A DNA stretch of 64,000 bases from an uncultured Planctomycetota bacterium. GTDB lineage: Bacteria > Planctomycetota > Planctomycetia > Isosphaerales > Isosphaeraceae. The notes under the pieces were generated by a model that made no database searches, had not been told where the DNA came from, and saw nothing but the letters and a program-made list of their open reading frames with translations. Shown piece by piece: positions 32,490 to 40,619 of this stretch. The translations under genes and the position numbers were made by a program. The stretch is taken from the NCBI GenBank assembly GCA_963823665.1, contig CAWGMQ010000010.1:2592001-2656000 (forward strand), in the 5' to 3' direction. Each line of letters starts with the position of its first letter. The first letter of the stretch is position 1.

Positions 32490-34088
32490 TCAAAAGATTT
32501 CGTGTCCCCTTTTTCCGGGAGGAGGCAGCGGAGTCTTTTTGACAGGTGGGGTTGGTGGGGATTTCTTGGAAGTCGAATGGAAAGTGAATGAGAATTCCGG
32601 CGCGGCTGTGTTGCCATTGCCATCCTGGTCGCGTACGGTTTTCTCCGGAATGTCGACCGTCGTCGGAGAGCCGTCTGTTGGCCCAATCAGGGTGAAAGAA
32701 GACGTCAACGCCGCGGTACTGTCGGGACTGGCGCTCGGGTCGGGAGGCGAGAAATTGCTGATGACGCCGCCTTTGCTGACGATGAGGTCGCCCGCCGTGA
32801 AATCGGTCACGGGCTCGCTGAAGGCCACGTTTACCGTGATGGCCCCCGCAGGTTCAGACGGCTTCACAGGACCCCCCACCTGGAGTTCTCGTTGCCGTGT
32901 CATGAACACGTTCAGCGCCGATTCTTTGTGAAAGAGGGAGGCCGCCCATTTGAGAGCGGGCTGCAAGTCCGCAGCCTCCACATCGGCCGCATGGACCTCG
33001 ATATAATCGACGTGCTGGTTGTCCGCGTTCAGCACCATGCCGTTGTCGATGGATCGCACCAAGGCCAGGGGCGGATCTCCGTCGGCGCCCATTTTGTCGG
33101 ATGCCGTTTCGCATGAAGACCCCAGTTGATACCCGGTGGTATCCGTATCCGTTTGCGTGATCACCGAAGAAATGGCCTCCGCGTGATACGACAAGTCTCC
33201 GGTAAGAGCGCTGCTCTGATAGGAAAACCGGGCTCCCAGTGTCGTCGATGCCTCCGTGAGCAAGTCTTGCCTCGTCTGGTCTGGGTCCGAGATGCCGTTC
33301 CCGTGTGAAAGAGAAACATACTGCTTCGGGAAGTCCGTGGCGTAGTCGCTAAAGATGGTTTGCCAAGCATTCTCGTAGATTTGCAGTGAATAACCGTAGT
33401 CGCTCCAGGTAACATTTTTTGGCGGGTCCGGCTCAGTGAATTCATCGGATACCGATGTCGGCCCGGCTGCGGCGATCATTCTAAATTGAGAGTCGCCCCC
33501 GTACTTTTTCTCAACGAGTTGCAAGAAGTCGTTCCAGTCCGTGAGGTACGTCGTATCCCAGGGCATAGGCAGCGGCAATTTTCCACTCCCCTTGCTTCCA
33601 CGCCCGTATTGGGGATGGAACGGGTGATATACGACGCCGCTGCTCTTGGCAAAGATCCATTTGGGAGACCAGAACCCGGGCATGATGAGCAACTGCACCC
33701 ACTTTCCTGCTGCATCGGCAGCCTGAAACACCTGATCAAGCCGGCTCCATTTCGGTTTGAATGAAGGAGCCGGCCCATCCGGCTCGATGTCCCTCCAGTT
33801 GATTTGGAAGGCGACACCGCTGATGTACGGAGCGGAGATGGTCGCGAGATCCTTCTTGAAGTCCTTTTCTGACACCGGCTCGGCATCGGAACCGTCGTAC
33901 GGTATGACAGTTGCCAGACCCGTTGGTGGCGAGGGAAGCAGAGGAATACTGATCACACCTGTGAGTAGGGTTCGTGCCTCCAACACCTCCGGGAACAGGC
34001 GCGGCCGGCGGCGGGCACGGACAGTCTGGCTGGTGCCATCTTGTTGAAAACTGTGACGCACGTTGTCGACCAGGTTGCGGATGCCCAT
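32490..34088 (-). CDS. Exported GH-A clan (GH42/beta-galactosidase-like) TIM-barrel protein with C-terminal Ig-like domain
   Basis: RRRPRLFPEVLEARTLLT planctomycete motif; QINWRDIEP, WSRLDQVF..A...GK.VQL, PMPWD; C-terminal FSEPVTDFTAGDL..DQDGNGN Ig-like domain. Confidence 0.7.
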   Translation of the reverse strand: MGIRNLVDNVRHSFQQDGTSQTVRARRRPRLFPEVLEARTLLTGVISIPLLPSPPTGLATVIPYDGSDAEPVSEKDFKKDLATISAPYISGVAFQINWRDIEPDGPAPSFKPKWSRLDQVFQAADAAGKWVQLLIMPGFWSPKWIFAKSSGVVYHPFHPQYGRGSKGSGKLPLPMPWDTTYLTDWNDFLQLVEKKYGGDSQFRMIAAAGPTSVSDEFTEPDPPKNVTWSDYGYSLQIYENAWQTIFSDYATDFPKQYVSLSHGNGISDPDQTRQDLLTEASTTLGARFSYQSSALTGDLSYHAEAISSVITQTDTDTTGYQLGSSCETASDKMGADGDPPLALVRSIDNGMVLNADNQHVDYIEVHAADVEAADLQPALKWAASLFHKESALNVFMTRQRELQVGGPVKPSEPAGAITVNVAFSEPVTDFTAGDLIVSKGGVISNFSPPDPSASPDSTAALTSSFTLIGPTDGSPTTVDIPEKTVRDQDGNGNTAAPEFSFTFHSTSKKSPPTPPVKKTPLPPPGKRGHEIF

Positions 34089-34163
34089 GGCGTTCTCCCT
34101 TGCGTTGGATGGTCTCTCAACATCCAGTGCGAGAACGGAGAACAAACCCCCGGTGACTTTTTT

Positions 34164-34748
34164 TTAGCCGGGCGGATTTCTTTCCTCATCCCGGAGCCAC
34201 CGCCTGCGCAGCCAGGCTTTGGCGTAGGTCCAATCCTCTTCCGCCGTCGCCGGCGCGACACCCAGAATTTGGGCCGCTTCGTCGATCGTGCAACCGAGAA
34301 AGTAGCGAAGTTTGACCAGCTCCGCCTTGCGAGGCGACTTCTCCGCCAGACGATCCAGGGCCTCATGAACGGCCATGACTTCGAGCGGGTCGCGAGGGTT
34401 TGCCATGGGGAAGTCATCCGGGTCCGCATCTCGGTGGACCAGGCCGCCGCCGTGTTTGTCACTCAGTTTGCGGCGCGCGTTGTCGATGAGGATGCGGCGC
34501 ATGGCCTCGGCGGCAGCGGCGAAGAAGTGGCCTCGGCTGTCCCAGTGCCGCTGCTCCCCTTGGCCGACCAGGCGGAGGTAGGCCTCGTGGACCAGGGCGG
34601 TGGCCTGGAGGGTCTGGCCCGGCTTCTCGCGTGCCATCCTCTCGGCCGCGAGCCGCCGCAACTCGTCGTAAACCAGCGGCAAAAGCCGCGACCCGGCGCA
34701 GGCGTCGCCTTGCTCGATGGCCTCCAGGATGCGTGTCACCTCATTCAT
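34164..34748 (-). CDS. ECF sigma factor, TIGR02999 (kinase-associated) type
   Basis: MNEVTRILEAIEQGD...LLPLVYDELRRLAA...QTLQATALVHEAYLRL..HFFAAAAEAMRRILIDNAR..WTYAKAWL. Confidence 0.93.
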   Translation of the reverse strand: MNEVTRILEAIEQGDACAGSRLLPLVYDELRRLAAERMAREKPGQTLQATALVHEAYLRLVGQGEQRHWDSRGHFFAAAAEAMRRILIDNARRKLSDKHGGGLVHRDADPDDFPMANPRDPLEVMAVHEALDRLAEKSPRKAELVKLRYFLGCTIDEAAQILGVAPATAEEDWTYAKAWLRRRWLRDEERNPPG

Positions 34749-34889
34749 CGACCGTTCCGTTCGACAGGCGAATCCCGGCGGGAAAGACACGCCGAGATCA
34801 TTCAGACAACTACGGAATCTTTCGTCTCCGTTCACGTCTCACTTGTGAAAGCCCATGGGTATAGTGACTGCCTGGCCCTGATGCCGCGA

Positions 34890-34991
34890 CTACTTCCGTA
34901 CATCGTCACGAACAATGGCCTGCCGCCCGTTGCCGCGAGCCGTGACATGGTAAATCGCACCGGGATATTGGACACGCACGCTTCTTGCCAT
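34890..34991 (-). mobile_element. REP-associated tyrosine transposase (RAYT, Y1 HuH) N-terminal remnant
   Basis: Manual translation MARSVRVQYPGAIYHVTARGNGRQAIVRDDVRK*, the canonical RAYT N-terminus (YHVTxRGN). Confidence 0.8.
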
Positions 34992-35066
34992 GTCCCCTAT
35001 TGCAATCATCTCTCAGGCGAAACGCAAGCAATGGGACGCGCACTGGGATCATTTCCCCGCATGAGG

Positions 35067-35156
35067 ATTGACCCGGCTTCCACCATTGCCGATTTTCAAG
35101 GAAGGCCCATGGCGATCGTGCCCCACGCCGAAGTGATTCGCGAAGTGCTCGCGTAA
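35067..35156 (+). pseudogene. Orphan 3' end of a DUF1501 gene (paralogous to 21776-21865)
   Basis: IDPASTIADFQGRPMAIVPHAEVIREVLA* versus IDPTATITDVQGRPMVIAPDAEVIREVLA* (22/29 aa identical). Confidence 0.85.
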
Positions 35157-35212
35157 CCAGCTTTGTCGAGATTTCGGCCCGCGAGACGCGGCTCGAACAG
35201 CCCGCATTCCGG

Positions 35213-35692
35213 CTACTTCTCACCGGCAAGCGTGTACTCCAATCGATAGGAGTGCTTGCCGCCAGCGACCTTGATGTGCATCTCTCCCTCGATCCCGGCG
35301 AGGTCACCGGTCCCTGAGTCGGGCACGATTCGAATGACCAGCGATTGCACTCCTTTGCTCATGACTCCCGTGTGGTGCACGAGAAACGTTCCCTCGCGAT
35401 CCTTCAACTTGCCGTGTACGCGCTCAATCGCGACGTACGCGGCGGAGCCCTTCACATCGGTCATGCCCGTTAACATGCGGCCCTGGCCGGTGGCATTCAG
35501 GTCGCCGTGATAGTGCTTCTCGACGGTCATCATTCCCATCTTGTCATCGCCCGTGTCGTGGGGAACAATTTTGACGTCAAACTCGCCGGTGACTTCGTTC
35601 ATGAATTTCTTCTCCTGGGGGTGATTCTTGAGTGGCGGATCGGCACGAACGACATTAGCGGCGAACAACGCAACCAGGAATGCCGTCGTCAT
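35213..35692 (-). CDS. DUF3224 family protein
   Basis: GEFDVK...EKHYHGDL..SAAYVAIERVHGKL.DREGTF...IVPDSGTGDLAGIEG. Confidence 0.88.
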   Translation of the reverse strand: MTTAFLVALFAANVVRADPPLKNHPQEKKFMNEVTGEFDVKIVPHDTGDDKMGMMTVEKHYHGDLNATGQGRMLTGMTDVKGSAAYVAIERVHGKLKDREGTFLVHHTGVMSKGVQSLVIRIVPDSGTGDLAGIEGEMHIKVAGGKHSYRLEYTLAGEK

Positions 35693-35836
35693 CAAGTTTG
35701 CACCGGGCATGCCGGCGCGAGGTGGACATATCGGCGATGTGATGTGTCGCATACGATGTTTCCTGTGAGACGCGATGAGTTGATCGACAAGCAAAGTCTA
35801 TCGCGGGCCCAGACTCGTTGATTGAAGAAACGCGAC

Positions 35837-36634
35837 ATGCTGAAACGAAAGTCCGAGCCACGACACGGAGTCCTGCATCTCGCCGAGGCTGAATTCGATC
35901 TGCGGTTGGAGCGATTTGAACCGGGCGAGACACTTCGACCGTTCGTCGAACATTACTGGGCGGTTACGTGGGAAGCCCAGCCGCGCGTGACGCGCGAAAC
36001 GGTGCCTCACCCCTCCGTGCACTTGGTTCTGGAGCCGGGCTGCTCCAAGCTGCACGGTATCTATCCGCGGCGATTTTCTCGAATCATCGAAGGTTCGGGA
36101 CGCGTGCTGGGAACCAAGTTTCGGCCCGGTGGATTTCGCGCGTTCGCAAGCGAGAGCGTCGCGCGATTCACCGGCAAAATCGTTGCCCCGTCGGCGATCT
36201 TCGGGGCATCGATCGACAAGCTCGAAGCCGAGGCCACCAGGTGTGCGCAGGCGGGTGAGGCGTTCGAGCTCGTGGACGCGTTTCTGACTCGATTGAACCC
36301 GACCACGACGCCCGAATTAGCCAGGATTTCCGAGATCGTCGAGGCGATCGCCGGCGACCACTCCATCACGCGCGTCGATATGCTCACCCAGCGGTTCGAC
36401 ATCGGGCTAAGACAGCTCCAGCGGATTTTTCGAGACTACGTCGGCGTAAGCCCGAAGTGGGTCATCCAGAGACACCGTCTGATCGAGGCCGCCCAGCGCC
36501 TTGGTCGTCGCGACCACTCCATCGACTTTGCCGCGCTGGCGCTCGAGCTCGGCTATTCCGATCAGCCGCACTTCATCCGCGAATTCAAGCAGATGGTCGG
36601 CATGTCGCCGGCCGACTATCAGAAGTCGCTTTGA
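35837..36634 (+). CDS. AraC family transcriptional regulator, divergent from DUF3224
   Basis: LRPFVEHYW..GTKFRPGG; C-terminal RQLQRIFRDYVGVSPK..LALELGYSDQPHFIREFK. Confidence 0.92.
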   Translation: MLKRKSEPRHGVLHLAEAEFDLRLERFEPGETLRPFVEHYWAVTWEAQPRVTRETVPHPSVHLVLEPGCSKLHGIYPRRFSRIIEGSGRVLGTKFRPGGFRAFASESVARFTGKIVAPSAIFGASIDKLEAEATRCAQAGEAFELVDAFLTRLNPTTTPELARISEIVEAIAGDHSITRVDMLTQRFDIGLRQLQRIFRDYVGVSPKWVIQRHRLIEAAQRLGRRDHSIDFAALALELGYSDQPHFIREFKQMVGMSPADYQKSL

Positions 36635-36639
36635 GCCGC

Positions 36640-36840
36640 GAGACTGAAGTAGCCAAGCGGGCTCGAATCCTACTGCTCGCCGACGATGGACACCCGCACG
36701 GGCGTCGACCGGATCACGTGATCGCCGGGACTGTCGGCCTATCCGAACGGCAGATCGTCCGGATCCGCGAGCGGTTCACAGACGTCACGGAGCCACTGCC
36801 GATGCGGTCTGGCACGCTCAAGCGGGTCGACGACAAGATC
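36640..36840 (+). mobile_element. Internally deleted IS630-like transposase remnant
   Basis: KRARILLLAD.GHP.GRRPD..IA..VG.SERQIVRIRERF (HTH) is joined directly to EPLPMRSG..KRVDD, a pre-DDE segment. Confidence 0.7.
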
Positions 36841-36866
36841 ACGCAACCCCACCGAGAGTGGAACCA

Positions 36867-37593
36867 GGACTTCTCCGCCCGCAGAACCACCGATTTGCGT
36901 CACGTCCTTACCACCATTGGGTTTAAGTGTGACGATGGAATAATCGGAACTCGGGGGTTTATCGTCGTAAACACCTGTTCGGCTGGTATTTATGGCGTGA
37001 CGATCGAATATTCGGAACGCTGGCGATTTCGGATGTAAATTCCCAGGGTGACTAAGGTTATGGCGTGACGATCGAATATTCGGCACATTGGCTTCTTCAC
37101 GGGCACTGAATCCGCATCATCGTCATTTTCATGGCCGCTCCGATAAACCCAGAAACTGCTCGGTCGCACCATGGAAAGGCTCCCTTCCAATGCCCTGAAA
37201 TTCGGCCCAAAACATAGTGAACAACACCCGGAAAAAAAAATGGCAATCTTGCGTGACCATTGCCAAACGGTTTTGCCATCGCCGAAGCACGCTTGCCTCT
37301 ATTCTCATTTCGTTATGTTCATTGCACTTACAGAGTAGCCACTCGACCAGAAGCCATGTCCACGCTCATCGCGAAAATGGCAATAAGTGGCAATCCTACG
37401 GGCCCCTTAGAGCATCCGTACACGAGTGTAAACCGGCCACTTCTTGGTCCCGACTTTTGATTTCATATCTAGCTCGGACTCCGAGAACCCAACGGCCGTC
37501 ATCATCCGTCGCACTCCTCCCATAAACGCCCGGCACGAACTAGCTCCCGCCGGCTGCAAAACCCCGAACGTGCAGCGCACTACCTCATCTACA
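36867..37593. repeat. Non-coding module copy B with a 68-bp-period triple repeat
   Basis: Cores at 36929, 36997 and 37065 (GTGACGAT(G/C)GAATA(A/T)TCGG(A/C)AC). The first ~130 nt are nearly identical to copy A. Confidence 0.8.
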
Positions 37594-37970
37594 ATATGCG
37601 CGGACTTTACGATCTGAGGGCGCCGGCGTCGGGGACGTTTTCAGAAAGTTTCCGGGTTCGAGCGATCAGACCGATTAGCGCACAGAATTCATCCTGTATG
37701 CGCACGGTCGCAGGCGAAACGCCGGCCGCCACAGCCATGTCGCCCAACCCGCGGCTACCGTCCTGCCCTTTGTTGACTTGGTTAGCTTCTGTTGAAGACC
37801 CCTCAGGGAAAGCCAGACACCCGAAAGCCAGACACCCAGCGATCGACGGACTGCTACCTTCGTGGAATCTCGGACGCCCACCTTCCCGAGGGCCTCGCCG
37901 ACAGCAGCGGTTGACCTTATCCTGGGATTGAAGAGAAGAAGAAATTGCCGGAGCCCGTGGGAACGGTGCC

Positions 37971-38669
37971 ATGAACCGTCGCCGGAAAACGATCGCGATC
38001 GCCGCGCTGCTTTTCTTCGAGCACGCAAACATCGCCCTGGCCGGAATGCCGTCGATCACGCTTTCCGACCTGGCCCGCATGCGGATCCAGACGATCTCGT
38101 TCTTCCTGGTGGTGTTTCTCCTCTGCTCGTGGGTCGTGCGCCGCATCTGGAACGGTCTGCGGAAAGACTTCTCCTGGCTGCCCTTCCTGTCTTTTCGCCG
38201 GGCGATGGGACTCGTGGGTCTTTGGGGACTGCTGTTCGTGCTGGTGCTCACGATGATTTCCGGCGCGCGGGAGCTGATGACCCCCGGTGCATGGAAGAAG
38301 GAAGGCTTCACTTACAAGCTCAAGGATGAAGCTGCAACAGTGAAACCAGCCGAGATCGACCACGAGTTCGAGCGACGCGCGGCGCTCGACCGACTGAAGG
38401 CCGCGCTCTGGACGTACGCCAGGCATCATGACGGGCACTTCCCGCCGGATGAATCCGCACCGGAAATCCCAGAAGCCGCCTGGCGAATTCCGGACCCTTC
38501 GGGAATGCGCTACGTCTACACGCCCGGCCTGATCGCGGAAAACGGTCATGCCCTGCTGGCATACGAGCCAGCCATCTTCGGCGACGAGCGTTTTGTGCTT
38601 CTCTCGGACGGCAAGATCGTCTTCATGACTCACCGCGAGCTGGCATCCACGACGCGAAAGGCACCGTGA
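37971..38669 (+). CDS. Conserved hypothetical membrane protein (DUF1559-gene partner)
   Basis: AGMPS..LSD.A.MR.QTISFFL..WNGLRKDF..LVLTMISGARELMTPGAW; its stop overlaps the next start. Confidence 0.75.
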   Translation: MNRRRKTIAIAALLFFEHANIALAGMPSITLSDLARMRIQTISFFLVVFLLCSWVVRRIWNGLRKDFSWLPFLSFRRAMGLVGLWGLLFVLVLTMISGARELMTPGAWKKEGFTYKLKDEAATVKPAEIDHEFERRAALDRLKAALWTYARHHDGHFPPDESAPEIPEAAWRIPDPSGMRYVYTPGLIAENGHALLAYEPAIFGDERFVLLSDGKIVFMTHRELASTTRKAP

Positions 38670-39721
38670 TGCGCCCCAACGCCCTGTTGATCAGCATCTT
38701 GAGTGCCGCGCTGGTTCTACTGACCTGCATGGGATTTGCCCTGCCCGTCGACTTCGCGGTTGCAGTGGTCCTCGGCTGGCTCTGGTATCTCGCCAGAACT
38801 TATTCCGAGGTGCAGGTGGCACCGGAGGGGCTCGCGACCGCGGTCGTCTGTCTCATCCTCTTCGTTGTCGGGGCGCACTTCTTTCTCAACTGGATATTCA
38901 CGGCGATCCGTAGTCACACCGGTACCAAGTCTGCCGAGAGCAGCGACCGCTGGAAATGGCGCTGGACGCTCAGCCTGACAGCCGTGATCGTGCTGATGTT
39001 CGTTTCCGGAATGTCGGTCGTGGGCATGACCCATCAGCTCGGATGGCTGCTCAGGTCGAAGGAGCCGTGGGTTAGCGACTCGTTCGGTTCAACCGGCATT
39101 GCCGCGAGGGCGCAGTCGGCGAACAATCTGAAGCAGATCGGCCTGGCGCTGCACTGGTACCATCAAGCCCACCAGTCTCTACCGCCCGGCGGCACGTTCG
39201 ACCCGGAGGGCCGCCCCCTCCATAGCTGGCAGACGTTGATTCTGCCCTACCAGGAAGTATCAGACCTCTACGATCAGATTGATGTCTCGGTCCCGTGGAA
39301 CGACTCTCGCAACGCTGCGGCTTTTCAGACCAAGGTCCCCCACTACCTTCGTCCCGGCATCCTCGCGACCAGGAATGCTGCCGGCTACGCCTTGAGCCAT
39401 TACGCTGCGAGCGTTTATATGCTTGGCGGTGACCATCCTCGCAAATTGAGCGACGTCTCCGACGGCACGTCCAATACGCTCATGGCCGGCGAGGTCACGG
39501 CGGAGTTCAAGGCCTGGGGTGATCCCACGAACTGGCGAGATCCCACGCTTGGGCTGAATACGAATCCCCGCGGTTTCGCCAGCCCGGCTCCCGGCGGAGT
39601 GAATTTCCTGATGGTCGACGGCTCGGTGCGATTCATCGAGAACAACGTCGACCCCAAGATGCTCAAGCTCCTGTCAACACCCGCCGGGGGTGAAACGATT
39701 TCTTCTCACCTCGAGTACTGA
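38669..39721 (+). CDS. DUF1559 domain protein with N-terminal TM helices
   Basis: ARAQSANNLKQIGLALHWYH..LPPG..HSW...ILPY, DGTSNTLM.GE, GGVNFLMVDGSVRF. Confidence 0.9.
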   Translation: MRPNALLISILSAALVLLTCMGFALPVDFAVAVVLGWLWYLARTYSEVQVAPEGLATAVVCLILFVVGAHFFLNWIFTAIRSHTGTKSAESSDRWKWRWTLSLTAVIVLMFVSGMSVVGMTHQLGWLLRSKEPWVSDSFGSTGIAARAQSANNLKQIGLALHWYHQAHQSLPPGGTFDPEGRPLHSWQTLILPYQEVSDLYDQIDVSVPWNDSRNAAAFQTKVPHYLRPGILATRNAAGYALSHYAASVYMLGGDHPRKLSDVSDGTSNTLMAGEVTAEFKAWGDPTNWRDPTLGLNTNPRGFASPAPGGVNFLMVDGSVRFIENNVDPKMLKLLSTPAGGETISSHLEY

Positions 39722-39726
39722 TCAGC

Positions 39727-40608
39727 GTGAGGAACATCCCTGTGCCCGCTCTCGAACCCTACATCGACGCCCACTCGCACGTCTGGACGCCCGACGTTGC
39801 GCATTACCCGCTGGCCGCCGACTTCACGGTCGCCGACATGCAGCCCGAATCGTTCACGGCGCAGGTGCTCTTGGCTCTGTGCCGGGCGGCGGGGGTGGGC
39901 CGCGTCAACTTGATCCAGATGAGCTATTACGGCTTCGACAACCGCTACATGCTCGACATGATCAAGCTTTATCCCGATCGGTTCGTCGGCACGGCGATCG
40001 TCGACCCGCTCGCGGATGATCCGGGCAAAGCCATGCGTGAGCTGGCACCGCTGGGGGTTTCCGCTTTTCGCATCCAGCCGCGCTACAGCAAGCAGCCGCC
40101 CGGGAGCTGGCTTGCGCCGAAGGGTTATGAAAGAATGTTCGCCACGGCGGCCAGGACCGGTCAAACGCTTTCGTGCTTGATCGACGTCGACGGCTTTCCC
40201 GAAGTCGAGCGGATGTGCACCAAGTATCCCGAGACATCGGTGATCATCGACCACCTGGGCCGGATCGGGGCCGGGCCTGACGGTGCGATCCGTGACGCCG
40301 ATGTCGAGGCCTTGTGTGCGCTTGCCAAGCATCCGAAGGTTGCGGTGAAGGTTGGTGCGTTCTACGCCCTGGGCAAGAAGACGCCGCCGTATCTCGATCT
40401 TGTTCCGCTCATCAAGCGGGTCGTGCAGGCCTTCAGCCCGAAGCGTTGCATGTGGGAGAGCGACTGTCCGTTCCAGGTTGTCAAGGATCGTTACACCGAC
40501 AGCCTCGCGCTGGTGCGCGATCATCTCGAGTTTCTGTCGAAAGACGACCGAGACTGGCTGCTGTTTCGGACCGCGGAGCAAATCCTGTTCAAGAAGCTCG
40601 CACCATAA
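39727..40608 (+). CDS. Amidohydrolase_2 family protein
   Basis: IDAHSHVW, IIDHLG, RCMWESDCP. Confidence 0.9.
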   Translation: MRNIPVPALEPYIDAHSHVWTPDVAHYPLAADFTVADMQPESFTAQVLLALCRAAGVGRVNLIQMSYYGFDNRYMLDMIKLYPDRFVGTAIVDPLADDPGKAMRELAPLGVSAFRIQPRYSKQPPGSWLAPKGYERMFATAARTGQTLSCLIDVDGFPEVERMCTKYPETSVIIDHLGRIGAGPDGAIRDADVEALCALAKHPKVAVKVGAFYALGKKTPPYLDLVPLIKRVVQAFSPKRCMWESDCPFQVVKDRYTDSLALVRDHLEFLSKDDRDWLLFRTAEQILFKKLAP

Positions 40609-40619
40609 GAGGATCGGCC

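Noticed and set aside
28921..35474. Diversity-generating retroelement TR/VR pairs among the duplicated fragments
   Set aside because: No reverse transcriptase in the window, and the mismatches are not adenine-specific and are largely synonymous.
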